64,000 bases of DNA from Escherichia coli (GTDB lineage Bacteria; Pseudomonadota; Gammaproteobacteria; Enterobacterales; Enterobacteriaceae), in assembly GCF_050920415.1 (NCBI RefSeq), contig NZ_CP169309.1, one strand, 5' to 3'. Numbering within the stretch: position 1 is the stretch's first letter; each line of letters opens with the position of its first letter. The translations under genes were made by a program, and so were the position numbers. A model generated the notes under the pieces. That model searched no databases. It saw only the letters and a program-made list of their open reading frames with translations, and was not told the origin of the DNA. Positions 32,721 through 45,635 of the stretch are shown in pieces.

Positions 32721-34223
32721 ATGAGCGAACCCCTGTTAATTGCCCGCACGTCGGACACAGAACTGTTTTTATTGCCGGGAATGGCTAACCGTCACGGGCT
32801 GATTACTGGCGCAACGGGGACGGGTAAGACCGTTACGCTGCAAAAACTGGCGGAGTCATTGTCGGAAATCGGTGTACCGGTGTTTATGGCTGATGTAAAA
32901 GGCGATCTGACCGGCGTCGCGCAGGCAGGAACTGCGTCGGAAAAACTGCTCGCAAGGCTTAATAATATCGGCGTCAATGACTGGCAACCACATGCTAATC
33001 CGGTGGTGGTGTGGGATATCTTTGGCGAGAAAGGCCACCCGGTGCGGGCGACGGTTTCAGACCTGGGGCCGCTGTTGCTGGCACGACTGTTGAATCTCAA
33101 CGATGTGCAATCTGGCGTGATGAATATTATCTTCCGCATTGCGGACGATCAGGGATTGTTGCTGCTCGACTTTAAAGATTTGCGGGCGATTACCCAGTAC
33201 ATCGGCGATAACGCCAAATCCTTCCAGAATCAGTACGGTAATATCAGTAGCGCATCGGTTGGTGCCATCCAGCGCGGGCTGTTATCGCTGGAACAGCAAG
33301 GCGCAGCACACTTCTTTGGTGAGCCGATGCTGGATATCAAAGACTGGATGCGTAGCGATACCAAAGGTAAAGGCGTTATCAATATCCTCAGCGCTGAGAA
33401 GCTTTATCAGATGCCGAAACTGTACGCCGCCAGCCTGCTGTGGATGCTTTCAGAGTTATATGAACAATTGCCGGAAGCGGGCGATCTGGAGAAACCAAAA
33501 CTGGTGTTTTTCTTCGACGAAGCACATCTGCTGTTTAACGATGCGCCACAGGTACTGCTGGATAAGATTGAGCAGGTGATAAGGCTTATTCGCTCAAAAG
33601 GCGTGGGCGTCTGGTTCGTTTCGCAAAACCCGTCAGATATTCCGGATAATGTGCTCGGACAGCTCGGTAATCGCGTTCAACACGCTTTGCGGGCTTTTAC
33701 GCCCAAAGATCAGAAAGCAGTAAAAGCTGCGGCGCAAACCATGCGGGCCAATCCGGCGTTTGATACCGAAAAGGCAATCCAGGAACTGGGGACCGGCGAG
33801 GCGTTAATCTCGTTTCTCGATGCGAAAGGAAGTCCTTCAGTGGTGGAACGGGCGATGGTTATCGCGCCTTGTTCGCGAATGGGGCCGGTGACGGAAGATG
33901 AGCGTAACGGCCTGATTAATCACTCCCCGGTGTATGGCAAGTACGAGGATGACGTGGACCGGGAATCCGCCTATGAGATGTTGCAAAAAGGCTTTCAGGC
34001 CAGTACCGAGCAGCAAAATAATCCTCCCGCGAAAGGGAAAGAGGTGGCGGTGGATGACGGTATTCTTGGTGGATTGAAGGATATTTTGTTTGGCACTACC
34101 GGACCACGCGGCGGGAAGAAAGATGGTGTGGTGCAAACAATGGCGAAAAGCGCCGCCCGCCAGGTGACGAATCAGATTGTACGCGGTGTGCTGGGGAGTT
34201 TGCTGGGGGGGAGAAAAAGGTAA
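32721..34223 (+). CDS. yjgR: Uncharacterised P-loop ATPase (YjgR)
   Basis: 500-aa ORF with Walker [10 protein letters not shown]; conserved position between idnR and lptG. Confidence 0.8.
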   Translation: MSEPLLIARTSDTELFLLPGMANRHGLITGATGTGKTVTLQKLAESLSEIGVPVFMADVKGDLTGVAQAGTASEKLLARLNNIGVNDWQPHANPVVVWDIFGEKGHPVRATVSDLGPLLLARLLNLNDVQSGVMNIIFRIADDQGLLLLDFKDLRAITQYIGDNAKSFQNQYGNISSASVGAIQRGLLSLEQQGAAHFFGEPMLDIKDWMRSDTKGKGVINILSAEKLYQMPKLYAASLLWMLSELYEQLPEAGDLEKPKLVFFFDEAHLLFNDAPQVLLDKIEQVIRLIRSKGVGVWFVSQNPSDIPDNVLGQLGNRVQHALRAFTPKDQKAVKAAAQTMRANPAFDTEKAIQELGTGEALISFLDAKGSPSVVERAMVIAPCSRMGPVTEDERNGLINHSPVYGKYEDDVDRESAYEMLQKGFQASTEQQNNPPAKGKEVAVDDGILGGLKDILFGTTGPRGGKKDGVVQTMAKSAARQVTNQIVRGVLGSLLGGRKR

Positions 34224-34242
34224 GTCAGGTGCGATTTGTCTT

Positions 34243-34280
34243 TGCCTGATGCGACGCTGGCGCGCCTTATCATGCCTACA
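34243..34280. repeat. REP element
   Basis: tgcctgatgcgacgctggcgcgccttatcatgcctaca downstream of yjgR. Confidence 0.5.
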
Positions 34281-34383
34281 CTACTGCAATATATTGAATT
34301 TTCATGATTTTTCAGGCATGAACGAAGCACACTTTGCTAACAATAATAAAGGGAGCTTTCGCTCCCCTTATACGTTCATCCAG

Positions 34384-35466
34384 TTACGATTTTCTCATTA
34401 ACAGCCACAGGCTGATTAAGAAGAAGCTGGCGCTTGGCAACAGTGCGCCGATGATCGGCGGGATGCCGTAAACCAGCGTCAGCGGGCCGAAGATCTGGTC
34501 CAGTACGTAGAAGACAAAACCGAAGCTGATACCGGTGACCACACGCACGCCCATCGGCACGCTACGCAGTGGGCCGAAGATGAACGACAGCGCCATCAGC
34601 ATCATCACCGCCACGGATAACGGCTGGAAGATTTTGCTCCACATGTTGAGCTGATAACGTCCGGCATCCTGACCGCTCGACTTCAGATACTTCACGTAGT
34701 TGTGCAAACCACTGATGGAGAGTGCATCCGGGTCCAGCGCCACCACGCCCAGTTTGTCTGGCGTGAGGTTGGTTTTCCAGGTGCCGCTCACCGTCTGCGA
34801 ACCGGTGATCTGTTTCGGATTGGTCAGATCAGATTCATCAACCTGCGACAGACGCCAGACTTTATGTTCCGGGTCAAACTTCGCGGTAGCGGCATAGCGT
34901 ACAGATTCCAGACGACGATTCTCATTAAAGGCATAGATACTGATGCCACCTAACTCTTCGTCACCTTTAACCCGCTCAATGTAGACGAAGTTGTTGCCAT
35001 CTTTTGCCCATAAACCTTGCTGGGTAGAGAGCAACGAGCCACCGTACATCGCCTGCGCACGGTAGTTACGCGCCATCTGCTCGCCCTGCGGTGCGACCCA
35101 TTCGCCAATCGCCATCGTCAACAAGACCAGCGGAATGGCGGTTTTCATCACCGACAGCGCCACCTGCATACGGGTAAAACCAGAAGCCTGCATGACCACC
35201 AGTTCGCTGCGCTGCGCCAACATCCCAAGACCAAGCAACGCCCCAAGCAGAGCCGCCATCGGGAAGAAGATTTGCACATCTTTCGGCACGCTCAGCAAGG
35301 TATACATTCCTGCGCCTAACGCGTCGTAACTCCCCTGCCCGGCTTTTTTCAGCTGATCGACAAACTTGATAATGCCCGACAGCGACACCAGCATGAACAG
35401 CGTCATCATGATGGTGGTGAAAATAGTTTTACCGATATAGCGGTCAAGTACGCCAAAAGGTTGCAT
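34384..35466 (-). CDS. lptG: LPS export ABC transporter permease LptG
   Basis: About 360-aa membrane ORF; 3' end of the lptF-lptG pair, start overlapping the lptF stop. Confidence 0.9.
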   Translation of the reverse strand: MQPFGVLDRYIGKTIFTTIMMTLFMLVSLSGIIKFVDQLKKAGQGSYDALGAGMYTLLSVPKDVQIFFPMAALLGALLGLGMLAQRSELVVMQASGFTRMQVALSVMKTAIPLVLLTMAIGEWVAPQGEQMARNYRAQAMYGGSLLSTQQGLWAKDGNNFVYIERVKGDEELGGISIYAFNENRRLESVRYAATAKFDPEHKVWRLSQVDESDLTNPKQITGSQTVSGTWKTNLTPDKLGVVALDPDALSISGLHNYVKYLKSSGQDAGRYQLNMWSKIFQPLSVAVMMLMALSFIFGPLRSVPMGVRVVTGISFGFVFYVLDQIFGPLTLVYGIPPIIGALLPSASFFLISLWLLMRKS

Positions 35467-36566
35467 CACACCGCTCCTTTACGCGAAAAACTGGCGCGCA
35501 GGCGGCGGACCGGCACGGTGTCCCAAAGGTTGAGAACAATCGCCAAAGCCAGATAAATCAGGTTTACGGTCCACATCCACAGCGTCGGGTCCAGCTTACC
35601 TTTACCGCCGTTCGATTTCAGGGAGGTCTGGATCAGGAAGAACAACAGATACAGCAGCATGGCTGGCAGCATCGACAGTACGCGCCCCTGACGCGGGTTA
35701 ACCACGCTCAGCGGAACGACCATAAGCGCCATCATAAACACGGTGAATACCAGCGTGATACGCCAGTTCAGTTCTGCGCGGGCACGATCGGTGTCAGTGT
35801 TCCACAATGTGCGCATGTCCATCTGGTCAGTATCGTTCGGGTCGAGCGCCACCGCCTGGTGACCAATGATCGCCTGATAATCCTGGAAGTCCGTAATGCG
35901 AAAATCACGTAACAGTGCAGTGCCTTCGAAACGCGTTCCCTGGTTGAGAGTGACGACCTGGGAGCCGTCGCGCAGCTGGGTTAAATGTCCGGAATCGGCC
36001 ACCACCACAGAAGGACGTGCATTACCTTTTGGTCGAATTTGCGCGAGGAACACATCTTTGAAATCGCTGCCGTCAACGCTTTCGATGAACAGCACCGAGC
36101 TGCCATTAGTCGCTTGCTGGAATTGCCCTTGCGCCAGCGCCGCCATGCCAGGGTTCGCTTTCGCTTCTGCTAACACTTCATCCTGATGACGCGATGACCA
36201 CGGTCCCGCCCACATCACGTTAACCGCCGCGACGATTGCCGTGAATACCGCAAGGATCATTGCCGCTTTCACCAGAACCGCTTTGCTCAAGCCGCAGGCA
36301 TGCATTACCGTAATTTCACTTTCGGTATACAGTTTGCCCAGCGTCATCAGCAGCCCGAGGAACAGGCTTAATGGCAGGATAAGCTGCGCCATTTCCGGCA
36401 CGCCCAACCCGAGAAGGGAGAGCACCAGATTCGCCGGAATATCGCCGTCAACCGCTGCGCCGAGGATCCTCACTAACTTTTGACAGAAGAAGATCAAAAG
36501 CAAGATGAAGAGTATCGCCAGCTGGCTTTTGAGCGTCTCCCGCACCAGATATCTTATGATTATCAC
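35466..36566 (-). CDS. lptF: LPS export ABC transporter permease LptF
   Basis: 366-aa membrane ORF divergent from pepA. Confidence 0.9.
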   Translation of the reverse strand: MIIIRYLVRETLKSQLAILFILLLIFFCQKLVRILGAAVDGDIPANLVLSLLGLGVPEMAQLILPLSLFLGLLMTLGKLYTESEITVMHACGLSKAVLVKAAMILAVFTAIVAAVNVMWAGPWSSRHQDEVLAEAKANPGMAALAQGQFQQATNGSSVLFIESVDGSDFKDVFLAQIRPKGNARPSVVVADSGHLTQLRDGSQVVTLNQGTRFEGTALLRDFRITDFQDYQAIIGHQAVALDPNDTDQMDMRTLWNTDTDRARAELNWRITLVFTVFMMALMVVPLSVVNPRQGRVLSMLPAMLLYLLFFLIQTSLKSNGGKGKLDPTLWMWTVNLIYLALAIVLNLWDTVPVRRLRASFSRKGAV

Positions 36567-36829
36567 TTTAAATACGCCCGTAAAAACTCGTCTTTTGCAG
36601 GATTTTAGCTTGTTTCATGGCTTAAACGTCATTTATTCTCTTGAGTCGTCGAAATCGTCGCTAAGATAATTATACTCAACGGATTCACCTCTCAGATTTT
36701 GTTCTGACGTGCCAATGCCGTAATAACGTTAAGATTAACACGAAGTCATCGCAACAGCGGACATGAGTTACGAAAGCTTGCAATTCTATCTGTAGCCACC
36801 GCCGTTGTCTTTAAGATTCAGGAGCGTAG

Positions 36830-38344
<1,515 letters not shown>

Positions 38345-38360
38345 TTGCATCAGGCTGTGT

Positions 38361-38554
<194 letters not shown>

Positions 38555-38604
38555 GCTGTGTATTACCAAATGCATATTTAAATCCACCACAAGAAGCCCC
38601 ATTT

Positions 38605-39048
38605 ATGAAAAACGCAACGTTCTACCTTCTGGACAATGACACCACCGTCGATGGCTTAAGCGCCGTTGAGCAGCTGGTGTGCGAAATTGCCGCAGAACGT
38701 TGGCGCAGCGGTAAGCGCGTACTCATCGCCTGTGAAGATGAAAAGCAGGCTTACCGACTGGATGAAGCCCTGTGGGCGCGTCCGGCAGAAAGCTTTGTTC
38801 CGCATAATTTAGCGGGAGAAGGACCGCGCGGCGGTGCACCGGTGGAGATCGCCTGGCCACAAAAGCGTAGCAGCAACCCGCGCGATATATTGATTAGTCT
38901 GCGAACAAGCTTTGCAGATTTTGCCACCGCTTTCACAGAAGTGGTAGACTTCGTTCCTTATGAAGATTCTCTGAAACAACTGGCGCGCGAACGCTATAAA
39001 GCCTACCGCGTGGCTGGTTTCAACCTGAATACGGCAACCTGGAAATAA
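38605..39048 (+). CDS. holC: DNA polymerase III chi subunit
   Basis: 147-aa ORF; stop overlaps the valS start codon (taATGg). Confidence 0.9.
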   Translation: MKNATFYLLDNDTTVDGLSAVEQLVCEIAAERWRSGKRVLIACEDEKQAYRLDEALWARPAESFVPHNLAGEGPRGGAPVEIAWPQKRSSNPRDILISLRTSFADFATAFTEVVDFVPYEDSLKQLARERYKAYRVAGFNLNTATWK

Positions 39049-41903
39049 TGGAAAAGACATACAACCCACAAGATATCGAACAGCCGCTTTACGAGCACTG
39101 GGAAAAGCAGGGCTACTTTAAGCCTAATGGCGATGAAAGCCAGGAAAGTTTCTGCATCATGATCCCGCCGCCGAACGTCACCGGCAGTTTGCATATGGGT
39201 CACGCCTTCCAGCAAACCATCATGGATACCATGATCCGCTATCAGCGCATGCAGGGCAAAAACACCCTGTGGCAGGTCGGTACTGACCACGCAGGGATCG
39301 CTACCCAGATGGTCGTTGAGCGCAAGATTGCCGCAGAAGAAGGTAAAACCCGTCACGACTACGGCCGCGAAGCTTTCATCGACAAAATCTGGGAATGGAA
39401 AGCGGAATCCGGCGGCACCATTACCCGTCAGATGCGCCGTCTCGGCAACTCCGTCGACTGGGAGCGTGAACGCTTCACCATGGACGAAGGCCTGTCCAAT
39501 GCGGTGAAAGAAGTTTTCGTTCGTCTGTATAAAGAAGACCTGATTTACCGTGGTAAACGCCTGGTAAACTGGGACCCGAAACTGCGTACCGCTATCTCTG
39601 ACCTGGAAGTGGAAAACCGCGAATCGAAAGGTTCGATGTGGCACATCCGCTATCCGCTGGCTGATGGCGCGAAAACAGCAGACGGTAAAGATTATCTGGT
39701 GGTTGCGACTACCCGTCCGGAAACCCTGCTGGGCGATACCGGCGTGGCCGTTAACCCGGAAGATCCGCGTTACAAAGATCTGATTGGCAAATATGTCATT
39801 CTGCCGCTAGTTAACCGTCGTATTCCGATTGTTGGCGACGAACACGCCGATATGGAAAAAGGCACCGGCTGCGTGAAGATCACTCCGGCGCACGACTTTA
39901 ACGACTATGAAGTCGGTAAACGTCACGCCCTGCCGATGATCAACATCCTGACCTTTGACGGTGATATCCGTGAAAGCGCCCAGGTGTTCGATACTAAAGG
40001 TAACGAATCTGACGTTTATTCCAGCGAGATCCCGGCAGAGTTCCAGAAACTGGAGCGTTTTGCCGCGCGTAAAGCAGTCGTTGCTGCGGTTGATGCACTC
40101 GGCCTGCTGGAAGAAATTAAACCGCACGACCTGACCGTTCCTTACGGCGACCGTGGCGGCGTAGTTATCGAACCGATGCTGACCGACCAGTGGTACGTGC
40201 GTGCCGATGTACTGGCGAAACCGGCAGTTGAAGCGGTTGAGAACGGCGACATTCAGTTCGTACCGAAGCAGTACGAAAACATGTACTTCTCCTGGATGCG
40301 CGATATTCAGGACTGGTGTATCTCTCGTCAGCTGTGGTGGGGTCACCGTATCCCGGCATGGTACGACGAAGCGGGTAACGTTTATGTTGGCCGCAACGAA
40401 GACGAAGTGCGTAAAGAAAATAACCTCGGTGCCGACGTTGCCCTGCGTCAGGACGAAGACGTTCTCGACACCTGGTTCTCCTCCGCGCTGTGGACCTTCT
40501 CCACGCTCGGCTGGCCGGAAAACACCGACGCACTGCGCCAGTTCCACCCAACCAGCGTGATGGTATCCGGCTTCGACATCATCTTCTTCTGGATTGCCCG
40601 CATGATCATGATGACCATGCACTTCATCAAAGATGAAAATGGCAAACCGCAGGTGCCGTTCCACACCGTTTACATGACCGGCCTGATTCGTGATGACGAA
40701 GGCCAGAAGATGTCCAAATCCAAGGGTAACGTTATCGACCCGCTGGATATGGTTGATGGAATTTCTCTGCCGGAACTGCTGGAAAAACGTACCGGCAATA
40801 TGATGCAGCCGCAGCTGGCGGACAAAATCCGTAAGCGCACCGAGAAGCAGTTCCCGAACGGCATTGAGCCCCACGGCACTGATGCCCTGCGCTTTACCCT
40901 GGCCGCACTCGCTTCTACCGGTCGTGACATCAACTGGGATATGAAGCGTCTGGAAGGTTACCGTAACTTCTGTAACAAGCTGTGGAACGCCAGCCGCTTT
41001 GTGCTGATGAACACAGAAGGTCAGGATTGCGGCTTCAACGACGGCGAAATGACGCTGTCGCTGGCGGACCGCTGGATTCTGGCGGAGTTCAATCAGACCA
41101 TTAAAGCGTACCGCGAAGCGCTGGACAGCTTCCGCTTCGATATCGCCGCAGGCATTCTGTATGAATTCACCTGGAACCAGTTCTGTGACTGGTATCTGGA
41201 GCTGACCAAGCCGGTAATGAACGGTGGCACCGAAGCAGAACTGCGCGGTACTCGCCATACGCTGGTGACTGTACTGGAAGGTCTGCTGCGCCTCGCGCAT
41301 CCGATCATTCCGTTCATCACCGAAACCATCTGGCAGCGTGTGAAAGTACTTTGCGGTATCACTGCCGACACCATCATGCTGCAACCGTTCCCGCAGTATG
41401 ATGCATCTCAGGTTGATGAAGCCGCACTGGCCGACACCGAGTGGCTGAAGCAGGCGATCGTTGCGGTACGTAACATCCGTGCAGAAATGAACATCGCACC
41501 GGGTAAACCGCTGGAGCTGCTGCTGCGTGGTTGCAGCGCGGATGCAGAACGTCGCGTAAATGAAAACCGTGGCTTCCTGCAAACGCTGGCGCGTCTGGAA
41601 AGCATCACCGTGCTGCCTGCCGATGACAAAGGTCCGGTTTCCGTTACGAAGATCATCGACGGTGCAGAGCTGCTGATCCCGATGGCTGGCCTCATCAACA
41701 AAGAAGATGAGCTGGCGCGTCTGGCGAAAGAAGTGGCGAAGATTGAAGGTGAAATCAGCCGTATCGAGAACAAACTGGCGAACGAAGGCTTTGTCGCCCG
41801 CGCACCGGAAGCGGTCATCGCGAAAGAGCGTGAGAAGCTGGAAGGCTATGCGGAAGCGAAAGCGAAACTGATTGAGCAGCAGGCTGTTATCGCCGCGCTG
41901 TAA
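39048..41903 (+). CDS. valS: Valine--tRNA ligase
   Basis: 951-aa ORF with class I HIGH ([13 protein letters not shown]) and KMSKS motifs and a C-terminal coiled coil. Confidence 0.95.
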   Translation: MEKTYNPQDIEQPLYEHWEKQGYFKPNGDESQESFCIMIPPPNVTGSLHMGHAFQQTIMDTMIRYQRMQGKNTLWQVGTDHAGIATQMVVERKIAAEEGKTRHDYGREAFIDKIWEWKAESGGTITRQMRRLGNSVDWERERFTMDEGLSNAVKEVFVRLYKEDLIYRGKRLVNWDPKLRTAISDLEVENRESKGSMWHIRYPLADGAKTADGKDYLVVATTRPETLLGDTGVAVNPEDPRYKDLIGKYVILPLVNRRIPIVGDEHADMEKGTGCVKITPAHDFNDYEVGKRHALPMINILTFDGDIRESAQVFDTKGNESDVYSSEIPAEFQKLERFAARKAVVAAVDALGLLEEIKPHDLTVPYGDRGGVVIEPMLTDQWYVRADVLAKPAVEAVENGDIQFVPKQYENMYFSWMRDIQDWCISRQLWWGHRIPAWYDEAGNVYVGRNEDEVRKENNLGADVALRQDEDVLDTWFSSALWTFSTLGWPENTDALRQFHPTSVMVSGFDIIFFWIARMIMMTMHFIKDENGKPQVPFHTVYMTGLIRDDEGQKMSKSKGNVIDPLDMVDGISLPELLEKRTGNMMQPQLADKIRKRTEKQFPNGIEPHGTDALRFTLAALASTGRDINWDMKRLEGYRNFCNKLWNASRFVLMNTEGQDCGFNDGEMTLSLADRWILAEFNQTIKAYREALDSFRFDIAAGILYEFTWNQFCDWYLELTKPVMNGGTEAELRGTRHTLVTVLEGLLRLAHPIIPFITETIWQRVKVLCGITADTIMLQPFPQYDASQVDEAALADTEWLKQAIVAVRNIRAEMNIAPGKPLELLLRGCSADAERRVNENRGFLQTLARLESITVLPADDKGPVSVTKIIDGAELLIPMAGLINKEDELARLAKEVAKIEGEISRIENKLANEGFVARAPEAVIAKEREKLEGYAEAKAKLIEQQAVIAAL

Positions 41904-41924
41904 TCAACACCGTGATGAAAACGA

Positions 41925-41951
41925 AGGCCGGAGCATGCTCCGGCCTTTTTT
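41925..41951 (+). terminator. Intrinsic terminator after valS, possibly bidirectional with yjgN
   Basis: aggccggagc-at-gctccggcct hairpin followed by tttttt, between convergent valS and yjgN. Confidence 0.6.
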
Positions 41952-41956
41952 ATCTC

Positions 41957-43153
41957 TTACAGAAATGGTAAAGAAGGCATAACTCCCCGAGAAATACTGG
42001 CTAAGAAGCCTTTATCTGGTTGTTCTTCTTTATTGATTAAAGGAAGGTCATCCAAATCGCCCAGCAAATACGTATTTTTTGCCTGCCAGTCAATCATCCA
42101 TATTTTCAACAGTGGATAAGCCAGACCGCCCGTAATCCCGGATATCACCACCAACGCACACATGCGATAAAGCATACCGTGGTACGTTAAAGTTGAGCGA
42201 AAACGAATACGCCCATCATTCAGTGATAGGTTGCTCATAAAATGGTTTCGCAACGACACCGTTAAATAACTGGTGCTAACAGCAATCCCAAAATAATAGA
42301 TTAACTGCGCGATTATCATTTTACGTTGCATTTCCATAAATTGCTGTAAATTCTCAATGTCATCATTTGCATATACAGAACTATCATACGCATTTAATAT
42401 TTGATCGAAGATAATATAACCAGCAACAGCGAGAAAAGGCAATAAAGCTAAAAATGCGAGAATGGCATATTTTATACAATACGTAGTATCTAATTTCACC
42501 TTGAAACGATGTATACCGAAACTGGTATTGCTCCAGAGAAAACTCATTACCAGACTATATAAAGTACCATTAAAAATACCAATGGAAACAATACCAACTA
42601 TTGCCATCAGAACCATAGATATAATAACACTACTTGAACTATTGGCATGTAGCATCTTTGTCGAGATAAAGAAAACAGTCCCCATCCCAACGGCCATTAA
42701 AATCGGCAAGAAAAAGGTCACCCACCAGAACCCTTTCATAGAGCAATTAAAACTAAATCTTACGCCGTTGAGACTGGTCATTAAGGCCTGATGACGCAGT
42801 CCTTTTGCTGCCATAAATATAAGCAAAACCAACAGTAACAAAGTCAAAACACAACCAACAAGCGGCATATCTGCTGACACTGTCATTAAGATTGCGAAAT
42901 AGAAAAAAACAAAAACAAGACAACTAACAAAAACATTCCCACCGGTAATTCCATAAGAAAATCGTTGTCCGTTAACTTCCATATTAGCATAAAGATAACG
43001 CTTACATTTCATTAATGCCCATGGTAAATAGATACCTAACGTTATAATCGTTAACAACACATTCACCACACAAATAAGAAAATACCTCTCACCTGTACCA
43101 TGAAAAACAAACGAATGGGACGGAACATCCATTTCATTAATAACTTGAGCCAT
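41957..43153 (-). CDS. yjgN: Inner-membrane protein YjgN (DUF898-like)
   Basis: Track ORF is 407 aa; start probably at the internal MAQVINEM giving about 398 aa; multiple hydrophobic helices. Confidence 0.75.
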   Translation of the reverse strand: MAQVINEMDVPSHSFVFHGTGERYFLICVVNVLLTIITLGIYLPWALMKCKRYLYANMEVNGQRFSYGITGGNVFVSCLVFVFFYFAILMTVSADMPLVGCVLTLLLLVLLIFMAAKGLRHQALMTSLNGVRFSFNCSMKGFWWVTFFLPILMAVGMGTVFFISTKMLHANSSSSVIISMVLMAIVGIVSIGIFNGTLYSLVMSFLWSNTSFGIHRFKVKLDTTYCIKYAILAFLALLPFLAVAGYIIFDQILNAYDSSVYANDDIENLQQFMEMQRKMIIAQLIYYFGIAVSTSYLTVSLRNHFMSNLSLNDGRIRFRSTLTYHGMLYRMCALVVISGITGGLAYPLLKIWMIDWQAKNTYLLGDLDDLPLINKEEQPDKGFLASISRGVMPSLPFL

Positions 43154-43345
43154 AAAAAATCCCTGAATTAAAAAATCCATTGATATAACTTATATATACA
43201 GACAGTAAAATGTTCTGCCACGTTACAATACTCTTATCAGTAATAGACTGGCAAAAACTTTATTACTTTATAAGTCGCTTGCGCACGTAAGAAGAGAGTG
43301 GTATTAAACAAATGTATAATTACTTTATTTTTATTGGGTTAAACT

Positions 43346-43849
43346 ATGAATAACATTGCGCCGCAATCACCTGTAATGCGTCGCCTGACGCTGCAGGATA
43401 ATCCTGCTATCGCCCGCGTCATTCGTCAGGTATCCGCCGAATACGGTCTTACCGCTGATAAAGGCTACACCGTCGCCGATCCGAATCTTGACGAGCTGTA
43501 TCAAGTGTATAGTCAGCCTGGCCATGCATATTGGGTAGTTGAGTACGAGGGTGAAGTGGTCGGCGGCGGTGGGATAGCGCCATTAACCGGGAGTGAGTCG
43601 GACATTTGCGAACTGCAAAAGATGTATTTTCTTCCGGCTATCCGCGGCAAAGGGCTGGCAAAAAAACTGGCCTTAATGGCGATGGAGCAGGCGCGAGAGA
43701 TGGGTTTCAAACGCTGCTATCTGGAAACGACAGCTTTTTTAAAGGAAGCCATTGCGCTTTATGAGCATTTGGGCTTTGAGCATATCGACTATGCGCTTGG
43801 CTGCACGGGCCATGTCGATTGTGAAGTGCGGATGTTGCGCGAACTCTAA
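43346..43849 (+). CDS. yjgM: GNAT-family N-acetyltransferase
   Basis: 167-aa ORF with an acetyl-CoA-binding-like motif (RGKGLAKKL). Confidence 0.8.
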   Translation: MNNIAPQSPVMRRLTLQDNPAIARVIRQVSAEYGLTADKGYTVADPNLDELYQVYSQPGHAYWVVEYEGEVVGGGGIAPLTGSESDICELQKMYFLPAIRGKGLAKKLALMAMEQAREMGFKRCYLETTAFLKEAIALYEHLGFEHIDYALGCTGHVDCEVRMLREL

Positions 43850-43909
43850 AAAAATGCCCGCGTGTTCAACTCGCGGGCATTCGAACATTAACAACGTACG
43901 TTTTGTTTA

Positions 43910-43993
43910 TGCCGGATGTGACATGAATGCCTTATCCGGGCAACAAATTCACCAGGTTGCAGGAACTACCTGGGCCTGATGCGCTACGCTTAA
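43910..43993. repeat. REP elements
   Basis: gccggatgtgacatgaatgccttatccggg and gggcctgatgcgctacgc between yjgM and rraB. Confidence 0.5.
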
Positions 43994-44410
43994 TTAGTGG
44001 CGAACTCCGTCATCGTCTTCATCGACAAAATCTTCATCGTCGCCATCTTCGCCGTTAGGATCTTCAAAGTAAGTGCCCCAACCGTCGTACTCAACGTCAA
44101 ATTTCTCTGCCAGCGTCATCAGTTGTTCAACCTGGGCATCGATCAGATCGGCATTCAACGCGCACTCGCTGAGGATGTCGCAGCAAATCACCACATCACC
44201 ATCCTCTACTTCCAGTTCTTCCGGATCGGTGACTTCATATCCGAGTTTAAACGCTTCTACCGCTGCTTTCTCCAGCGTTTCAAGGTCGTCTGCGGAAAGA
44301 TGGTGCTCAATGGTGTACAGCGCATCTGGATCGCTGCCATCTTCCAGTAATTCTTCAATAATTAAACGTGTTTCTTCACGCTGTTCTTCCAGTTGTTCCG
44401 GGTTTGCCAT
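43994..44410 (-). CDS. rraB: RNase E inhibitor RraB
   Basis: 138-aa acidic ORF ([29 protein letters not shown]... with a D/E-rich C-terminus). Confidence 0.85.
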   Translation of the reverse strand: MANPEQLEEQREETRLIIEELLEDGSDPDALYTIEHHLSADDLETLEKAAVEAFKLGYEVTDPEELEVEDGDVVICCDILSECALNADLIDAQVEQLMTLAEKFDVEYDGWGTYFEDPNGEDGDDEDFVDEDDDGVRH

Positions 44411-44507
44411 GGCTCATTCCTCTTAATGTCCTGCCGATACTCTTATTGTCACACACCACTGACATTGCCTCCACCTTTGTGATAAAGATTTATGCTTTAG
44501 ACTTGCA

Positions 44508-44544
44508 AATGAATAACCATACATATAAATTGAATTTTAATTCA
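44508..44544 (+). promoter_or_regulatory. argI promoter region with tandem ARG boxes (ArgR operators)
   Basis: tgaattttaattca palindrome at 44531-44544 with an adjacent tgaataaccataca half-palindrome, about 30-60 bp upstream of the argI ATG. Confidence 0.5.
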
Positions 44545-44571
44545 TTTAGGCGTTAGCCACAGGAGGGATCT

Positions 44572-45576
44572 ATGTCCGGGTTTTATCATAAGCATTTCCT
44601 GAAATTACTCGATTTCACGCCAGCTGAACTTAACAGCCTGCTGCAGTTAGCCGCGAAGCTGAAAGCCGATAAGAAAAGCGGTAAAGAAGAAGCCAAACTC
44701 ACTGGTAAAAACATCGCGCTCATCTTCGAAAAAGACTCGACCCGTACCCGATGCTCTTTCGAAGTTGCCGCATATGACCAGGGTGCTCGCGTTACTTATC
44801 TCGGTCCAAGCGGCAGCCAAATTGGTCATAAAGAGTCGATTAAAGACACTGCCCGCGTGCTTGGTCGCATGTATGACGGTATTCAGTATCGCGGCTATGG
44901 TCAGGAGATTGTCGAAACACTGGCGGAATACGCTGGCGTGCCGGTATGGAACGGCCTGACCAATGAGTTTCACCCCACGCAGCTGCTGGCGGATCTCCTC
45001 ACCATGCAGGAGCATTTGCCCGGCAAAGCGTTCAACGAAATGACGCTGGTCTATGCAGGTGACGCACGTAACAACATGGGCAATTCGATGCTCGAAGCTG
45101 CAGCGCTTACCGGTCTGGATTTGCGTCTGGTCGCGCCACAGGCGTGCTGGCCAGAAGCTGCGCTGGTTACGGAATGCCGCGCCCTGGCACAACAAAATGG
45201 CGGGAATATTACGCTGACGGAAGATGTAGCTAAAGGAGTTGAAGGTGCTGACTTTATCTATACCGATGTATGGGTGTCGATGGGTGAAGCAAAAGAAAAA
45301 TGGGCTGAACGCATTGCATTACTGCGTGATTATCAGGTGAACAGCAAGATGATGCAGTTGACCGGTAACCCGGAGGTCAAATTCCTCCACTGCCTGCCCG
45401 CGTTTCATGACGACCAAACGACGCTTGGCAAAAAAATGGCGGAAGAGTTTGGCCTACATGGCGGAATGGAAGTGACTGATGAGGTCTTCGAATCTCCCGC
45501 CAGCATTGTATTTGATCAGGCGGAAAACCGCATGCATACCATCAAAGCGGTGATGGTCGCGACGCTCAGTAAATAA
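44572..45576 (+). CDS. argI: Ornithine carbamoyltransferase
   Basis: 334-aa ORF with carbamoyl-phosphate-binding STRTR and the HCLP motif. Confidence 0.95.
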   Translation: MSGFYHKHFLKLLDFTPAELNSLLQLAAKLKADKKSGKEEAKLTGKNIALIFEKDSTRTRCSFEVAAYDQGARVTYLGPSGSQIGHKESIKDTARVLGRMYDGIQYRGYGQEIVETLAEYAGVPVWNGLTNEFHPTQLLADLLTMQEHLPGKAFNEMTLVYAGDARNNMGNSMLEAAALTGLDLRLVAPQACWPEAALVTECRALAQQNGGNITLTEDVAKGVEGADFIYTDVWVSMGEAKEKWAERIALLRDYQVNSKMMQLTGNPEVKFLHCLPAFHDDQTTLGKKMAEEFGLHGGMEVTDEVFESPASIVFDQAENRMHTIKAVMVATLSK

Positions 45577-45592
45577 TTGACATCTCTATAAA

Positions 45593-45635
45593 GATGCCGG
45601 GAAATACAAAAAATATCCCGGCATCATATTATTTT
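45593..45635. terminator. Probable bidirectional intrinsic terminator between argI and yjgL
   Basis: gatgccggg-N15-cccggcatc hairpin with A/T runs on both sides, between convergent genes. Confidence 0.55.

Noticed and set aside
39807-41582. 591-aa ORF on the minus strand
   Set aside because: Antisense to valS, whose class I aminoacyl-tRNA synthetase motifs are unambiguous on the plus strand; shadow ORF.
43752-43979. 75-aa ORF overlapping the yjgM 3' end and REP elements
   Set aside because: Runs through REP palindromes and overlaps yjgM out of frame; typical spurious ORF.
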